Below, one piece after another: positions 11,656-25,937 of a DNA stretch of 64,000 nucleotides. The notes below the pieces were generated by a model that worked only from the letters and a program-made list of their open reading frames with translations, made no database searches and was not told the origin of the DNA. This DNA comes from Cenococcum geophilum (taxonomy: Eukaryota), in contig CP158635.1 of the NCBI GenBank assembly GCA_050273025.1, forward strand, positions 31,558,001 through 31,622,000. The letters run 5' to 3'. The position numbers and the translations under genes were made by a program. Each line of letters starts with the position of its first letter. Position 1 is the stretch's first letter.

Positions 11656-14600
11656 ATATCCGTTTCTATAACCGTGTCTAGTCCTAATTAGTAAATCTTA
11701 AGGATTAGCTCCTAGGTAAATAGCCCCTTAAGTTCCTTAAATAACTTTCTTTATTTATCTCCCTATACCTATAATTCCTCTTTCTTTATAAGCCTAGTAA
11801 ATAGTTTAATATTCTTTAACTACTATGCTATAAACCTTCTATAATAGTTGCAAAATCCTAAAAATAGCCTTAACTACGTTATATTCTCTAGTTTTTACCA
11901 ACTTACTATAGCTTTAATCTTCTTTAAGTCTATACTAATATAACCTAGTTTAATAATAAATTTAATAAAATTAGTCTCCCTTGTAAAGAACTTGTATTTC
12001 TTAATTACTACTAGCATCTATTTGTCTTATAGTCTCTTTAAAACCCATTTAACATATTCTCCGTATTCTTCCTCTGTTATTAAGTAGATAATAATAATAT
12101 TAAGATATACTATAACAAACTTATTAAGGTATTCTCCTAATATACTATTAATTTATTTCTAAAACGTTACTAGTATATCTATTAACCTAAATTGCATAAC
12201 TAATAGTTTATATAGTCCTTTCTTTAACCTAAAGGCTGCCTTCTATTTATTACCTTCCTTAATTCTAATCTAATAGTACGCCTATCTTAGATTTATCTTT
12301 ATAAAGATTTACGCATTACCTATCTAATTCTAGATTTCGCTAATTAAGGGTAAAGGATACCTATCCTTCTAAGTAATGTTATTTAACTATTTATAGTTAA
12401 TATATAGCCTAAGTTTTCCGTTTTTCTTTAGTACGAACAATACTAAATAACCTACTAATAACTGCAATAGTTTAATATATCCCTTTTATAAGTTTTCTTA
12501 GATAAACTCTTTAAGTACTTTTAACTCCTCTTAAGTTAGCTTATAGCTTAGAAAGAACCTTAAACTTATTCCTAGTTCTAACTCTATTTTATAGTCCTAT
12601 ACTATATAATCTACTAGCTTTTTACTTTCTAGGCTCTATAGCTTCTTACTATACTTATAATATCTCTTTAGTATATAACTTAAGCCTTGCTAAGTCTCCT
12701 TATATATCGCTCTAACTTAGTACTATACTAACTTAGTTTACTATTATATCTTATATTATTAAGTATCCTTAATATTAACCTAACCTATAATCTAATTAAT
12801 CCTTAGATTATATTCCTATAACTAAGGTATTCCTAATACTACCTTATCCTATCCTAATAGTAAGATATTAAAAGATATCTTAATTTGTCTCCCTTTAATA
12901 ATTATTTAAATAGGTCCTATTTTAAGATTAACAATCCCTCCTCTATAGGTTTTTAGATCTTCTAAAATTATAACTAATAGGTAAGGTTATTTCTTCTACC
13001 TATAAGGTAATCCTATTTTTTTTTTAACTACTGCTAATAAAATATAGTTCCGTATTACTCCACTATCTATTAGTACTTTAAATAGCTAATCTTACTAATT
13101 AACTTTTAAATTTAGGTATTATCCTTAAATTCCTTTAAGGGTCTAAGGCTCTACTACTAGCTCCCTCTAGTTTTATAAGCCTCTACTTTTCCTAATTATT
13201 AGCTACTTAATTCTATTATACTTAGCTTATTCTTTAGCTAATACCTAGTTTATTTCTTATCTTCTATATACTATAAATATATATTTTCTAAGCACTCCTA
13301 CTACTATTATCCATCTAAGCATTCTTCCGTAAGAAATCTTTTTAGTAAAAGTATTAAGTCTCCTAACTCCTAAACTTCTATTAAATGCTATCCGTGTATA
13401 TACTTAGCATTTCTATACTATCGCTTCTCTAACGCCTAATATATCCTTATAGGGTATTTCTAGTTTTTCTCTTTTGGATTTTTATATATATTTTATATAT
13501 CGTCTATATATATAATCTATAATAGCGTATAATATGCTAGGTGCTTTAGGTTAACTCTTAACTTATTTTTATTTTTAAGTTTAAACCTTTACCGTGTTAA
13601 TTTAAACGTTATAACTTTATTTACAGGTACTAAGATATATCTCTTACTTCTCCAGTCTTCTAATTATTCCTCTAGATCCTTTAATGTTATAATTAAGGCT
13701 CCTTTAATATAAGTTATAGCCTTTTTTATAATCGGGTGGTTTTAGATAACACGTTTATCTAGCTATATATAAAAATCTTCCCACTTATTATTATATCGCT
13801 ACCTATACTACTTTTAGTATAGCTATTAGAGTATATACGGCTTATCTATAAGGAAGTATCTTCTTATCACTACGTTATAATAGCCTTTTATATATTATTC
13901 CTTAAACCTAATAGGGATCCCTAGATCCTCTTTATCTTCCAGTTTAGTAAGCTACTTAGCTCTTAGTATGCCTACCCTAAGCCTATTAGTAATTCTTCGT
14001 ATAAGTGCTCTGTCCCTTATATAACCTAGTATACTAGTTCTCTAATCTAGCTTTTATTCTTGCTATATAAGGATTCTTTACCTAAACTCCTCTATATTTT
14101 CTTTTGGTTTTTGCCTTATAAGTAGATCCTTAAAGTCTTCTTACTTCTTAATCTTAGTTTATTTAATAGTCCTTATTTATATCTAAAAATCTTAGTCTAC
14201 GAGCTAGTTTATTAGTTCCTTTAAACTCTAATAATTTTAGCTTCTATGGCCAATAGCTTGCGCTATACTTATCGTCCTTATAAATTTAGCATGCATTATT
14301 ATAATAAAACGCGAAACTTTTAATTAAATATTCTTTTATTCCTCGCAGTATATTATTATCCCTCTATACATATATATCGTCTACTAGTCTTATTCTTTTT
14401 ACTATATAGTAACTCTAACTACTTCTATAGTCTTTAACGCAATAACCTTATTTTTTGCAATTTATATAAGCTTCTTTTTTAAACTGTTTTTCTTGCTATA
14501 GAGTCCGCCTAAACGTCTTCTGCTATTAAGATTGCTAGTTCGGCTCTTGCTCCTTAAACCTTATTTTTTAGGTTTCTATAATTTCTTATTTTATCTTTTA

Positions 14601-15455
14601 TATTCTTTAGTACCACTTAGGTCTATTAGCTCTACGCTATACTATAGTTTTTAATTTTAACTTTATTATTACGTGCCCTGCGCCTTATATAACTATAGAA
14701 CTTTATCCTAACCCTTCTTAGTCTGCTCTCTTTAGTAGATCCTATTATTAATCTTAATTGCTTAATTAATTAAATTCCTAAGAGTATCCGTATCTTCCAT
14801 TAGGATAATTAAGTCCTAGACTTTCGCCTTAAGTCCCTATTTATACTGTGCTATAAGCGCTTTATTGTTCTATTTAACTTATATTACTAATATTTAAAAC
14901 TATATTATATATTTAATTACTAAAGTCCTTTATACTAGGTTTTAAAGTTTTCTCTTTACTATAGTAATTACCTCTAGGTCTCTAAATATTTGCGTTAATT
15001 ATTCTATAAACCTACCCTAATTTAAGAATATATACCGTATCTCCTGGTTAATAGTCGTTATGCCGTATTCCTATACCTCCGTAAGGTAAGGCTTAAACTA
15101 CTTAAGTACTCTTTCTGTTAAGAATAATCCTATGTAAGTGACTTAATTTATAAGCGTTCTTAGCTTTACTCCTATTTATATAACCTTAAAGTGCATTTAT
15201 ATAAGGAATCCCTTAAGCTTTAACTTCTTCCCTAAGAATTACTTAATTAAGGGTAACTTAACCTTAGCTGCTCCAATCCCATTAATCCTTTCTTTAAATA
15301 TCCTATTATTATCTATTAATTAATTAACTATTTCCTATAGCTATCTAACAGTAACTAATTGCGAGTTAGTATCTGCTATACTAGTGTCATTACCTAATCC
15401 TAAAGTAGTTGCCGCTGTAGACGCCGTTATAGCTGCTGCTTTTAGTAGTATATTA
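11656..15455 (-). pseudogene. B gag plus protease/RT part of pol
   Basis: Reverse-complement homolog of A1 ~4145-8630, lacking ~0.65 kb present in A. Confidence 0.85.
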
Positions 15456-15490
15456 TTTAACTTCTTTTACTATAACCTTAGTAGTAAATA

Positions 15491-15910
15491 TATAATAAAG
15501 CCTTATAGCAGGAACTACGGTAGACTTATTAATAGGCTAGGTATATAGGTAAATAAGAAGTTAATAACGTAATAATAACTAGTGAAGTAGTTGCCTAATA
15601 GATTAACTCTAATTGTATTCTAAGATTTACTATAAAGAAGAGAAACTATCTATAGAGACTGTCTGTCCTTAAATATATAACTCCTCCCCATAGTAAAGGG
15701 TTTAGTACGTTAGTATATTAGTACGTTGGTACGTCGCGTTCCTATATTCCTACATTCCTACGTTTTAAACTTATAACGTAACTAGTTATATAACTCAGCT
15801 ACCCCTTATCCTATAGCTTAATTGATTCCAGTACCTCCCGTACTATCTTAACTAACCCGGTTATATCCTTCCTTAGTAGTCGTATTACTGCCGATATAAG
15901 GTCCGTAATA
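15491..15910 (-). repeat. 5' LTR of B
   Basis: Direct repeat of 676-1095. Confidence 0.93.
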
Positions 15911-15915
15911 CTTTT

Positions 15916-16095
15916 ATACCTACTAACTAAAGCTCTCTAATAGGGTTAGAATCTACCCTATATTTTATACGTCAGTCCTTTATCCTACTACCCCTATATT
16001 AGACGCCCTGCTTAGACAAATATAGGACTCTTCCCTACCAGTTAAAGTAGATAGTAAGAACAAGTACTTTATTAAAAAATTTAACGAGTATATAT
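15916..16095 (+). mobile_element. Continuation of Gypsy C (integrase C-terminus, start of chromodomain), truncated
   Basis: De-RIP 'YAYQLKLP.GVRIHPVFH.S.L.P...ALPGQ...PP.PVEVDGEDEYF.EK'. No 3' LTR found. Confidence 0.75.
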
Positions 16096-17568
16096 TTTAT
16101 AAGCATAATATACTGCTTATAACGCTAGATTATCTATAAAGGCGAGTAGAGAGTATTTATATGGTCGCTAAAGCATATAATAACCGTAAGAAGGATAAAA
16201 ACGCTTAGTTAAGGGTTTTAGAAAAGGTTATTAGTATAGGTTTAAAACTAATTAATAGATAGAAACTAGAGCTTAATAGTGTATAAATACAGAACATTAA
16301 GTATAAATATCTTATACTAACTAGTTCTAATACTAGTAAAAAGGCTAACCTTATTATTATATTTACTAACTAAAACAGCAATAAAGGCCGCTTACTAAAT
16401 ATTTATAGTATAATACGGCTATAAAAGCCTTAGCCCTATAACGGACGCTTATATATCTAAACTTATATTTATATACGCTTTTAAGCTTAAAGAACTGAAT
16501 AGAGACCACTTAAAAGCTAAAACCTAGCTTATAACCCTTTATACCGCTATACTTTTAAAACTTAAGGATCTTAGATATAATAGTGGAGTTATTACTAAGA
16601 TACCCACCCTTATTAGCTAGTTTATAGTTAGTTATAATTAGTTCTACTATATTATAACCATATACTCTAATAGTAGCATTATATATTTTTATAAATAATT
16701 CTCTTATAAATAATAAGCTAACTAGCTATTATAGTAGTTTTAGAGACTATTTAATAGCCTTTAGAGTAGTACCTAAACCTACTATAATATTTTTAAGCTA
16801 TTAAGCCTCTTTAAGCATGCCTATTTGGATTTGCTTTTTAACTACCTTTAGATAATAATATATAGGGTCTTTACTACTAGCGCTACGTTTAAGTATATAG
16901 TAATAGACTAGCTAGTAGGATAAAAGGGGGAAAAGGTTAGTAAAGATATAGATTTAACTATACTTATAATAGGTAATATAATAACTTAATAGTAGAGAAG
17001 GGCCTCTACTAAGCTATCCCTAGGTTATAAGCCTAGCGGATATAGTATTATTTAGTTAACCGGCTTACTTTTATTTATAGATCTTATCTTAAAAGTATAA
17101 GGTCTATAGTTATCCTTAATCCATACTACTTTATATTATTATTTTTAAAATCTCTCTATTCCCTAAAAAATAATCTAGGTAGAAGATTAGTAATTATATA
17201 CTTAAATAGGTAACGATATTAATACTAAAAAAGAGCGTTTTAAATTTATTAAAGCCGAGCTTATAAACATTACTATTCTTTTAATAATTGTGTCCAGCCT
17301 TATATAAGTCTATTTAATTTAAAAAGAATTAAACGATTAGGTTATTATAACCCTTTAATTTATCGGCATTAATAGATTTTAAAAGAGAGTAATTATATTA
17401 GTAAGGATATTTAAAAAGGGGCTTAGTATTAACCTAGCTGTTTAGCTAGCTTCTATAGATCCAGCCTTACTAGTAATATTTATCTAAAGGCCTAGCCAGT
17501 TATAATATATAAAATTATCTATAACAGTTTTTATATACTAAGAGTACTCCTAGGTTTAGCCTATATAT

Positions 17569-18630
17569 TTACTACTTTATATACCTATCTTTAGTATCTA
17601 CTATAGCTTAGTAACGTCTATATATATTCCTAATATATCTTATAAAATTTAATAGTTTTAATACCGCCTACTCTTCTTCTATATATTACTTTAGATATAT
17701 AAGGGAACGCGGAAATCTTTTAGCTACTTTCTATTTTAGTAAACACTAAATATGCTCTATTAGGTTTAAGCTAAAAGAACTAGCTAGCTAGTATAACTTA
17801 TTTATACTACTTAAATTATAAAGCTGCTTAGTAAGCTCAGTAGTATATAGAGAAGCACTATCTTCTATAAAAACGGTATACCTTAAATAATTCTCCGGGT
17901 ATTAGGCCACCTAATTTATAAATTAGTATGCCTAGAAAAGGACCTTTCTCTATATATTTTACCTATTAGTCTACCCTATTTCTTTTTAATAACTACTATA
18001 TCTTCTTTGCTAAATACTAAAATGCTTTTATAGATAGCCTAAGAGAAATAAGTTCTAAACTTAGGAGCATAATAAGAATTATTATATTTCTTTTCTAGCT
18101 ATTAGGTAATATATACCTTTCTAAAGCCTTTAGTTAAGAAAGAGCACTTATTAGTCTAGATAATAGTCGCCTACTACTTTAGCTCCTAGCTTAAGTATTT
18201 AACCACCTATACTAAACGTACTTACTTTTATACTTTAGTAAGGAAAGGCTTTAAGGTAGCTACGCAGTAGCTATATAACTCTATTTTAAATACTACTATA
18301 AGGGCTTTTTAACTAGCCTATATACCCTCTAGCTAAGCGATTTCCCTATATATTATTTAATAATAAGTATTATTAAGGGTTGTATAAGCGGTGGGGCGTT
18401 AGTAAATCTTTTTTATTATAATAGGCTTTCTACTTATTAACTTACTTAGAGCTTTAGCTTTAAAATTTTATATAAACTAAACGGTTGTTAAAGGAAGTCC
18501 TATAGTTATAGTAATTGCTTTTAGCGTTTAATATAAGAGATCTAAAAGTATAAAGATATAACAGTGTTCTTTATACGCTAGTTTGGTCCCTAATTAATAG
18601 GTAAAATATTAGTTCTAATTTAATAAATAT
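17569..18630 (-). pseudogene. Tc1/impala-like DD34E transposase (RIPped)
   Basis: De-RIP: HTH 'LKAIA...GLPLTTV', 'GRKP', 'VAAxKPFL', 'IWTDECSF', 'FMEDGASPHTA' and 'WPASSPxLNPIEHIW'. 34 residues separate the second D and the E. Confidence 0.88.
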
Positions 18631-19049
18631 AGTAGGTGATGCTAATAAGATCTCTAAATTAGGTAAGATATGTTTATTCTTAAATACAAAAATTAAAAGT
18701 ACTTAATAAGGTTATAAGCTATTATAGCAAAAGCAGTTATTTTAGTATATTTAATAGCACTACTTAAGATAATAACTTTCTTACTAATATTTTCTAAAAT
18801 ATTTAAGTTAGGACTAAGACTAAATAGTTAATATAAGTATACCTAATATTTAGCTTCTCTAAAAGGGTAAATCTATTAATTTCCTTATATTAATGCTATT
18901 TGCGTTATCTTATTTACTATAACAAGTAAATATACCCATTTATTTATTCTAGCCTACTAAACGTTGCATTACTAAGATAAGATCTTAACTATAGTCCTTA
19001 TTTAAGCTAGCTGGTCTATAAAAAGCGCGCTACGCGTTTACGGATTACG

Positions 19050-19245
19050 TGTTACGGCACTAACCTAACGTATACTGTTTTATACTATCTTATACTATCT
19101 TATACTATCTTCTACTATTAGCTAGCCCACTACTAGCGCCTTGGCGGCTGGACCTACTATTTATATACAATACCCCCTTTTACCTTCTTCTCCTCTTTAT
19201 ACTATAACGTAGTTATTTAGTCTACTTTATTGCAGCACTATAACA
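19050..19245 (+). repeat. 5' LTR of D1
   Basis: tgttacgg...ataaca; four copies in the window; internal 10-bp tandem (tatactatct). Confidence 0.93.
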
Positions 19246-19898
19246 GTTTATAGTATCCCTAATTACGCCCTATTATAACCTTTATTTTTTCCTAGTCTAT
19301 TATTTTTATTTTCCCAGTATAATTGCAACCTGGTATAATTAATAACACTATATTATAAGTCCTAAACAACCCTAGTATAGTTATAGATAATCTTAGTACT
19401 ATAGCCAGCCTTATAGACTTTAATTGCCTTATATAGACCCCTTAAAATAGGCGACTATAATATAGATAATACCCCGTTAATAAACACACGTAAAGCACTC
19501 GCCTGGCTTTTTAATACCTTCTATACCTACATTGCCTAGGTAATTAAGAGTAGCCTAAAGTACCTTAAGGACCTTAACGTAGCAGGAACCTTTTAGCACC
19601 TCTTTATATATATAACTTTCCTAACTAGCGTTAAAAGCGGTCTCTAAGCCGTTTATAATAAAGGTCAAACTATAAAGTTCTAACTTAAAGAAGCTTAGCA
19701 CAGAATTAACCCCCTTAAGACGCTTAAACTATATATATAATAATATAAATAGTAAGCCTTTATAAATACTCAGACTATATAAAGCCTAAGCCTTTAGATT
19801 ATTATACTTACCTAAACTATTACTAATAAGAATACTGCTACTAGCTCTCCTTTTCTAACTAAGCCCTATAGAAAAAAGCGTAAAGTAAAAGATCTAAC

Positions 19899-22800
19899 TG
19901 TTGGTTATACAGGGTGACTCACTAATAACGACTACTCGAGTAGGTTACAGTAATGTTGGTTAATAAAGCTTGTTTATTAGAATAAGGGAGGGCGAGGAGC
20001 TTAAGACTCCTCGCCACGCTAGTGCCGCGGCGTTACGTAATAACCGCTTGCCTTATTCCTGACACTAGCAACTCTTCTTTTATAGTTGCCATCTATATAC
20101 AAATACTGCTTAACTAGCGTAATAAATACTAATCCTCCTTACTTACTATTACTATTGTAATATAAGTCTCGCTATCCTAAAATTTGCCTCTTAGCACGTA
20201 GTGCTTTTTTATTTAGAGTCGTAAGTGTATATTATATTAGGGCCGCCAAGGCGCTAGTTATAAGCGAGCTAATAGCGATTTTCCATCCTAGGGATAGAAA
20301 ATCCTAATTAGCTAGGTTAAGTTAGGGTCTGTAGAATTTAGCTAATTAGACAACTTTAACCGGCGGTTAAAGTTCCTGGATATCTTAAGACCTTACATAA
20401 CTAAGAAATTTCTAGGGACTCCCTTTTAACCTAAACTTTAACTTATATACGTAGAGTATTTGTATTAACAAACGTCTCTAGTGCCTTATTTAGGTTCGCC
20501 TTTATCATCGCATCTACTAGGTTATCTTAGCCATTAATCTATTAAATTTTAAAGAGTTTTTAACGCTTGTAGGATTGCCAAAGTACCATAATATTAATTA
20601 TAAGGCGCTTCTCCTTTATGGTACTAAGTTTAACTAAACACTTATAGAGGGAATATAAGTTAGTGTATACAATCGTAGGGATAACGGGAAGTTTAAGTCA
20701 ATCTATAATTATCTTTAGGGTAGTTCCAATTATAATTACTATATTAACTCCGCCAACCATTCTATATATCTCTAACGCTAGAACGCTTTAGGTAACGCGC
20801 TTACTCTTAGTTAAGCTCTAATAGATAAAATTGCCGTGGATTATAAAGTTATTCTCTTTAGTAGATTCGTTTGTAATAATAATTTTATATCCTAGCTAGA
20901 AGCTAAAATCTTTATTATTTATAAATAATCCATTAATAAATATAAAGAGCTTAGCGGTGGGGAGATTAATAGGTATATAGAGTAGTCCCTAATTAAGATA
21001 GTTTATTTACTAGAAGAGACGCTTATTTAGGGTAAGGATATTATCCTTAGTTAATTCCTGATATTAGGCGGCAATAGAGAGATTAAATAAAGCCTTGGGT
21101 TAACAAATAGAAGTAACATAAGCTCTATAAGCGCGTTGCTCCACATATTCTTATTTTAAAGAGTTAACGTTAATAATATTAATCTTCTTGCCTTAACCCT
21201 TCTGGCGTAAAGTAATGGAATCCTTATTTAGGGAAAGGATGCATTTATTAAAAAGTAATAGTATTATTAAATTAAGCCCCTTCTTTAGCTTTACTATAAG
21301 ATTTGCCTTTACTAGCTCATCCTCTTTAAGAGCTGAGAATTAGTTGTCTTTTAAGATAATTATATTATCGGTTTATATACCGATAATTCCGAACGGAGTT
21401 CCGTAGTTATAATAAGGAAGCATAAATTAAACGTAGAAGTAGTTATTGAAAGCTTCTCTTTATAGTGCTTACTATAGGTAACCTACTAATGGGTTCCTAC
21501 CTTTACGATTCTATATAATAGCTTAAGCACAACTATAATAGTATCTTCGGGATATTGGTGGCAAATTTGCTTTAGAAGGTATGCTAATATTAAGCGCTAA
21601 AGGTGCATCTCTAATTGGGTGTAGGCCTAAGTAATATCTTATAAATAGACCGCTATTCCATTCTTTATTAAGGAGGGAGCTAGTATAACAATAGCTCGGT
21701 AACTAGCTCGTTAAATTATGGGAGACTATATAAGAATTACCTCCTTACCTTTATCGTTATAGCCTTAGATAATAAGCCTTAATTTCTTAAATAGGGTGTT
21801 AATAGCTTTACCCTTAATCTTATTAACCATTCTTAACTTAAAGATGCGAACTCCATTAAATTTAGTAGGGTTATACTTCTTAAATTTAAAGACTCCTCTT
21901 ATAATAAGACTATTAATCTCCTACTTATTAGATACTTGGAAAGGGGCTCCTAAAGTTATAATATAACCTTCCTCTTAGAGCTGTTTCGCGAGCTCAAAGT
22001 CAGCCTTCTCTTTAGCTGTTATAAATGCTATTAATAACTTAACTCTATTCTTAATAGCGGCAACAAATTACTCTTTAAAATTAATAAGGTATTGGCGATT
22101 TTGTGATCTCTTTAGGCGACCCCTACCGCGTTATAGTTGTGGCGTTTCTATTACAATTGTATTAGAATTATAGTCGCCTTCTAGAGTATGTTAATTATAG
22201 CTCTCCTTTAGAGCCTCTTTTATGGTATCCTATAAAGGCTCGGAACTATTATCTTTATAGTAAAGCTTAATAATAGTTAAATGGAATTAAGTGGGTCTAT
22301 AAGGCATTTAAATAGTATAAGTTTAACTATTAATTATAATAAGTTAATATAGGCCTAACCATCCTCCCTTTTTACGCTATATGCGTACCTTAGACTAGAG
22401 TGGCAAATTAAGCGTAGTTAAGGTGTTTAGGCCATTTCTTATTCCTAATACGTTATTAACCTAGTGTATAGCGTAAAGACATTATACCTCCTTTATTGCC
22501 TTGCGAATAGCCTTAGCTCATTATATAATAGAGGGAGATAGTAGAGAATTGTTAGTTATTTAAGGGTAGGCGCTAAAGACTAGTAATATGGGTATAAGTC
22601 CATCCGGGCCAGCGGAATCGTTAATGGCTTTAACAGCTATTTATAAGGTAAGTTCTTCGCTAATGTCCTCTAGTTCTAAAGAGATAATCTTATATACGCG
22701 GCGTAATAGCGCGTAATATTGCTCTACTTTTTTAATACTATTATATGCCTTAATAGGGACTTCCTTAACCTCGATTGCTATTACTTTTATCTATTATTGA

Positions 22801-25800
22801 AACTCTATAGATAAGAAGTTCTTTCCTATATTATAGACGATTTAATTAGGGGGTCCTAGGTAGATATTAATCTAGTATAATTAAAGGGTATCCTATGCGT
22901 TCCTAGCTAATATATCTTTTAAGAATCGTGCGGCTTAGAAGGAGGTTAAGAAGTCAATAACTTGGAGTACTGGCTTGCCACTAAGATATATAACGTTAAA
23001 GTCGTAGTTATCTTTAAGGGTGAACTTAAATCGGCTAGGGGACCTCTAGTTTATTTGGCAGTAATAGTAGTACTTTATAAGATACTTAATTGCCTTAACC
23101 TTAACTTTATAGCCTGCTCGCTAAAGAACCCTAAATAATTAATAAACGGATAGGTGGCCAAAACAACGGTGTAGTTAGTGTAACTCTAACTTAGTTAAGT
23201 AGCTTTAAGTAACACTCTTTTCTAGTTAATAAAGGAGCAACCAGGGGTGACCCCACTTGCGTATAATAGGTACCCGATTATCTCCCTAAATAAGTACATC
23301 CTTAAGGTTATTAAGCTTAACGCCTAATTTATCTATATCTCTAATGTAAAATAGAAATAGGGTATTTATAGGAACGACGTGAAAGGTAATATACCCTAAG
23401 GGGGTTTGGACCCTAATTATACTCAAAGAGATTATAGTACCCTTGCTAAAACAAATCGTGTATTGGCCTGCTATTAAATAGTTAATCTAAATAGAGCTAT
23501 TAAGCTGCTAAAGGGCTCGAACTTAAGGCTCTCCTACTATAGATACTCCTGCGGCTCTAGTATCTGGTATAATACTATAGAAGACGTTTACCGAGTATCT
23601 GTTATTAAAGGAGAACGCGGAACTCTCCCTTGGCTTATTAAAGATATCTAACTTTATAGTAAAATGGAGCGTAAATTAGTTATTAAGAATAGTAACGGTT
23701 TGTGTACTATCTACCTTACTATACTTAGTAAAGTATTAGTTAGGTAAGTACTCCTTAATTTCCATATTTATAAGGAGCTATTTAGCCTTATTAACCTCAC
23801 CCTTAAGATCTTCTACGCCTTTATATTAAACTAGAAAGCTTTAGAAGTAGGCTATAGTAACCTTATAATTTTTAATGTTTCTTATATTTTAGCGAAACTT
23901 ATTATATGCCTCCTTTTACTTATTAAGAGAATACCTAGTTAACTAGTAATTCGGTTTCTTATAAACGTAGCACTTTTTTTAGCAATTACTTTAAAATAAA
24001 CCTCTATAAGGACCTCCACCTTTACCTTATAGTCGTTAATTATACCCTCTACTATATTACCTACCCCGGCCACTATATATTTAATTAGTCTAGTTATAAT
24101 CGTATTAGTTAGGCGGGTTAATTAAAGTAGGTTAGAGTTAGGCGTTAAATTACTGTACTTCTTAAGAGCATAGAGCGGTGCCAATGGAAGATCTTAATTA
24201 AGCATACACTTCTTTATAAGTATTTGCAGGATTAAAGAAAGTAAGGTTATATTCTTTAACACCTTAGCATACGCTAATAACTTAATTATATAGGCTAAAG
24301 TCCTCTTAATATAATTCGGATAAACCACGCTAAATTATCTAAAGTTAATTAAAGAGCTTTTAAAGATAATTAAGCTGAGGGATACCTAGGTTTATAGTAA
24401 TAATCCTTAAAAAGGTAGTCTCTCTCCATTCTAATATATACTGCTACTTATTCTCTTCTATTTTAAAGTAGTATCTTAACTTATATATTATGCGGTTAAA
24501 ATTATATCCTTTTCCTACCAAACGATTATAATAGAAGGTACTAGCTTAGCCCTTAAGCATAACGGAATAGGCGTTATGGTATTAATCAGACTCTATTTTT
24601 ATCTTTTAGCAATAGTTATAAAAGATATATAGTTTTAAATTAAGAATATTATATAATTCCCTACTAAACTTCTTCTTTTAATCCAAATAGAGCTTTGTAA
24701 GCTCTATAAGTAATTTTAAACTACCTCTAATTTAAGATTAAGATGGAGGAGGTGGGGGTTATATTGCAGGCTGCAGTAGGGACGTAGGTCTAGTCGGTGG
24801 AGTCCGAAGGTTATTAAATTGTAAAGCAATGGGATCCTATACCTACTCTTATTAGGGTATAGTATCTAACGTTAAGGTTATGGGTTAAATTAGATATAAA
24901 GGAGTTAAAGGTAGAGGTAGGTTTATCTCTAAAGGTATATTACTTAGGTTTTATTATAAGTTAAGCTTCCTTATAGTACGTAGTTAGTGCTTAATCTTTT
25001 ATAGAGTCTATTCGTGCTCTTCTTTTATATTAATAACCTACTCCTAAATATTGTCTCTAATAGTACCCCCATCCTTAGGGACAAATACTCTATTCTCCTA
25101 AAGGAAGTTACGGAAGTCCTATACGATATCCTTGTTTATAGGGGCCTATATTTCCTTTATCCATCTAATAAAGTCCTCCTTTATACATTCCCATAGCGCG
25201 GTATTATTGTATTTACTATCCTTATAATGTGCCATATGGTATAATAAAAATCCATTTAAGTCTTATTTATTAGCGTTTGCAAGGTTAATTATAGCTTTAT
25301 TCTATATCTTTAGGTTAATATCTTCCTTATACTTCTTTGGGTAGGTTAACGCTATAGTAGGTATAGAATTGACGGGGTGTCGTACGTTGAAGGTAGGTAG
25401 GATTTTCGGTTTTATAGGATCTCGTAGGTTTGCTGTTAAGAGGTAGGCAATTTAAGATGTTGTTTAACGCGTTTTAGACGTCGTTTAACGCGTTTCGGAC
25501 GTTAACTTAAAACCCTAGGTTTAGTAACACTTTTAACCTAAAGTACTTGACCAAATCTTTGTAAACGCGGTTGTTCTATATAATAGACGCAACTTGGTAT
25601 CTCCTAGTATTTAGTAATACTTCTATTACTAGTTTTCCGTAAGTCTAAGGTAGCATAGTATTACCGGGATCTATTCTATATGAGCGCATATAGCACCCCT
25701 ATATAAGACTGTCTCTTCTATTCGAAAACCTAGCTGCTCTGTAGTTAACTGTGTATTTAACTACTGATTAGTATTGGTTACATAGGGTGACTTACCAATA

Positions 25801-25937
25801 ACGACTACTCGAGTAGGTTATAGTGATGTTGGTTAATAAAGCTTATTTATTGGAATGAGGGAGGGCGAGGAGCTTAAGACTCCTCGCCACGCTAGTGCCG
25901 CGGCGTCACGTAATGACCGCTTGCCTTATTCCCGACA
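19899..25937 (-). mobile_element. Ty1/Copia LTR retrotransposon E (full length, RIPped)
   Basis: 166-bp LTRs at 19899-20064 and 25772-25937; TSD ctaac. Minus-strand order gag, protease (PDTGA), 'LHRRFGHP', integrase ('AINDSAGPDGL'), RT ('DITQAYTQ', 'QTDD'), RNase H, which is the Copia domain order. Confidence 0.93.

Larger units (their letters stand above)
676..15910 (-). mobile_element. Ty3/Gypsy chromovirus-like LTR retrotransposon B (full length, RIPped, interrupted by A1)
   Basis: 420-bp LTRs at 676-1095 and 15491-15910. TSD ctttt at 671-675 and 15911-15915. Polypurine tract on the minus strand beside the left LTR. gag-pol is homologous to A1 in reverse. Confidence 0.93.

Noticed and set aside
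17521..17550. Left TIR of the Tc1 element pairing with ~62918-62942
   Set aside because: Only ~11 bp similar (atRctaagagt); the terminal bases do not match, so the TIRs are unresolved.
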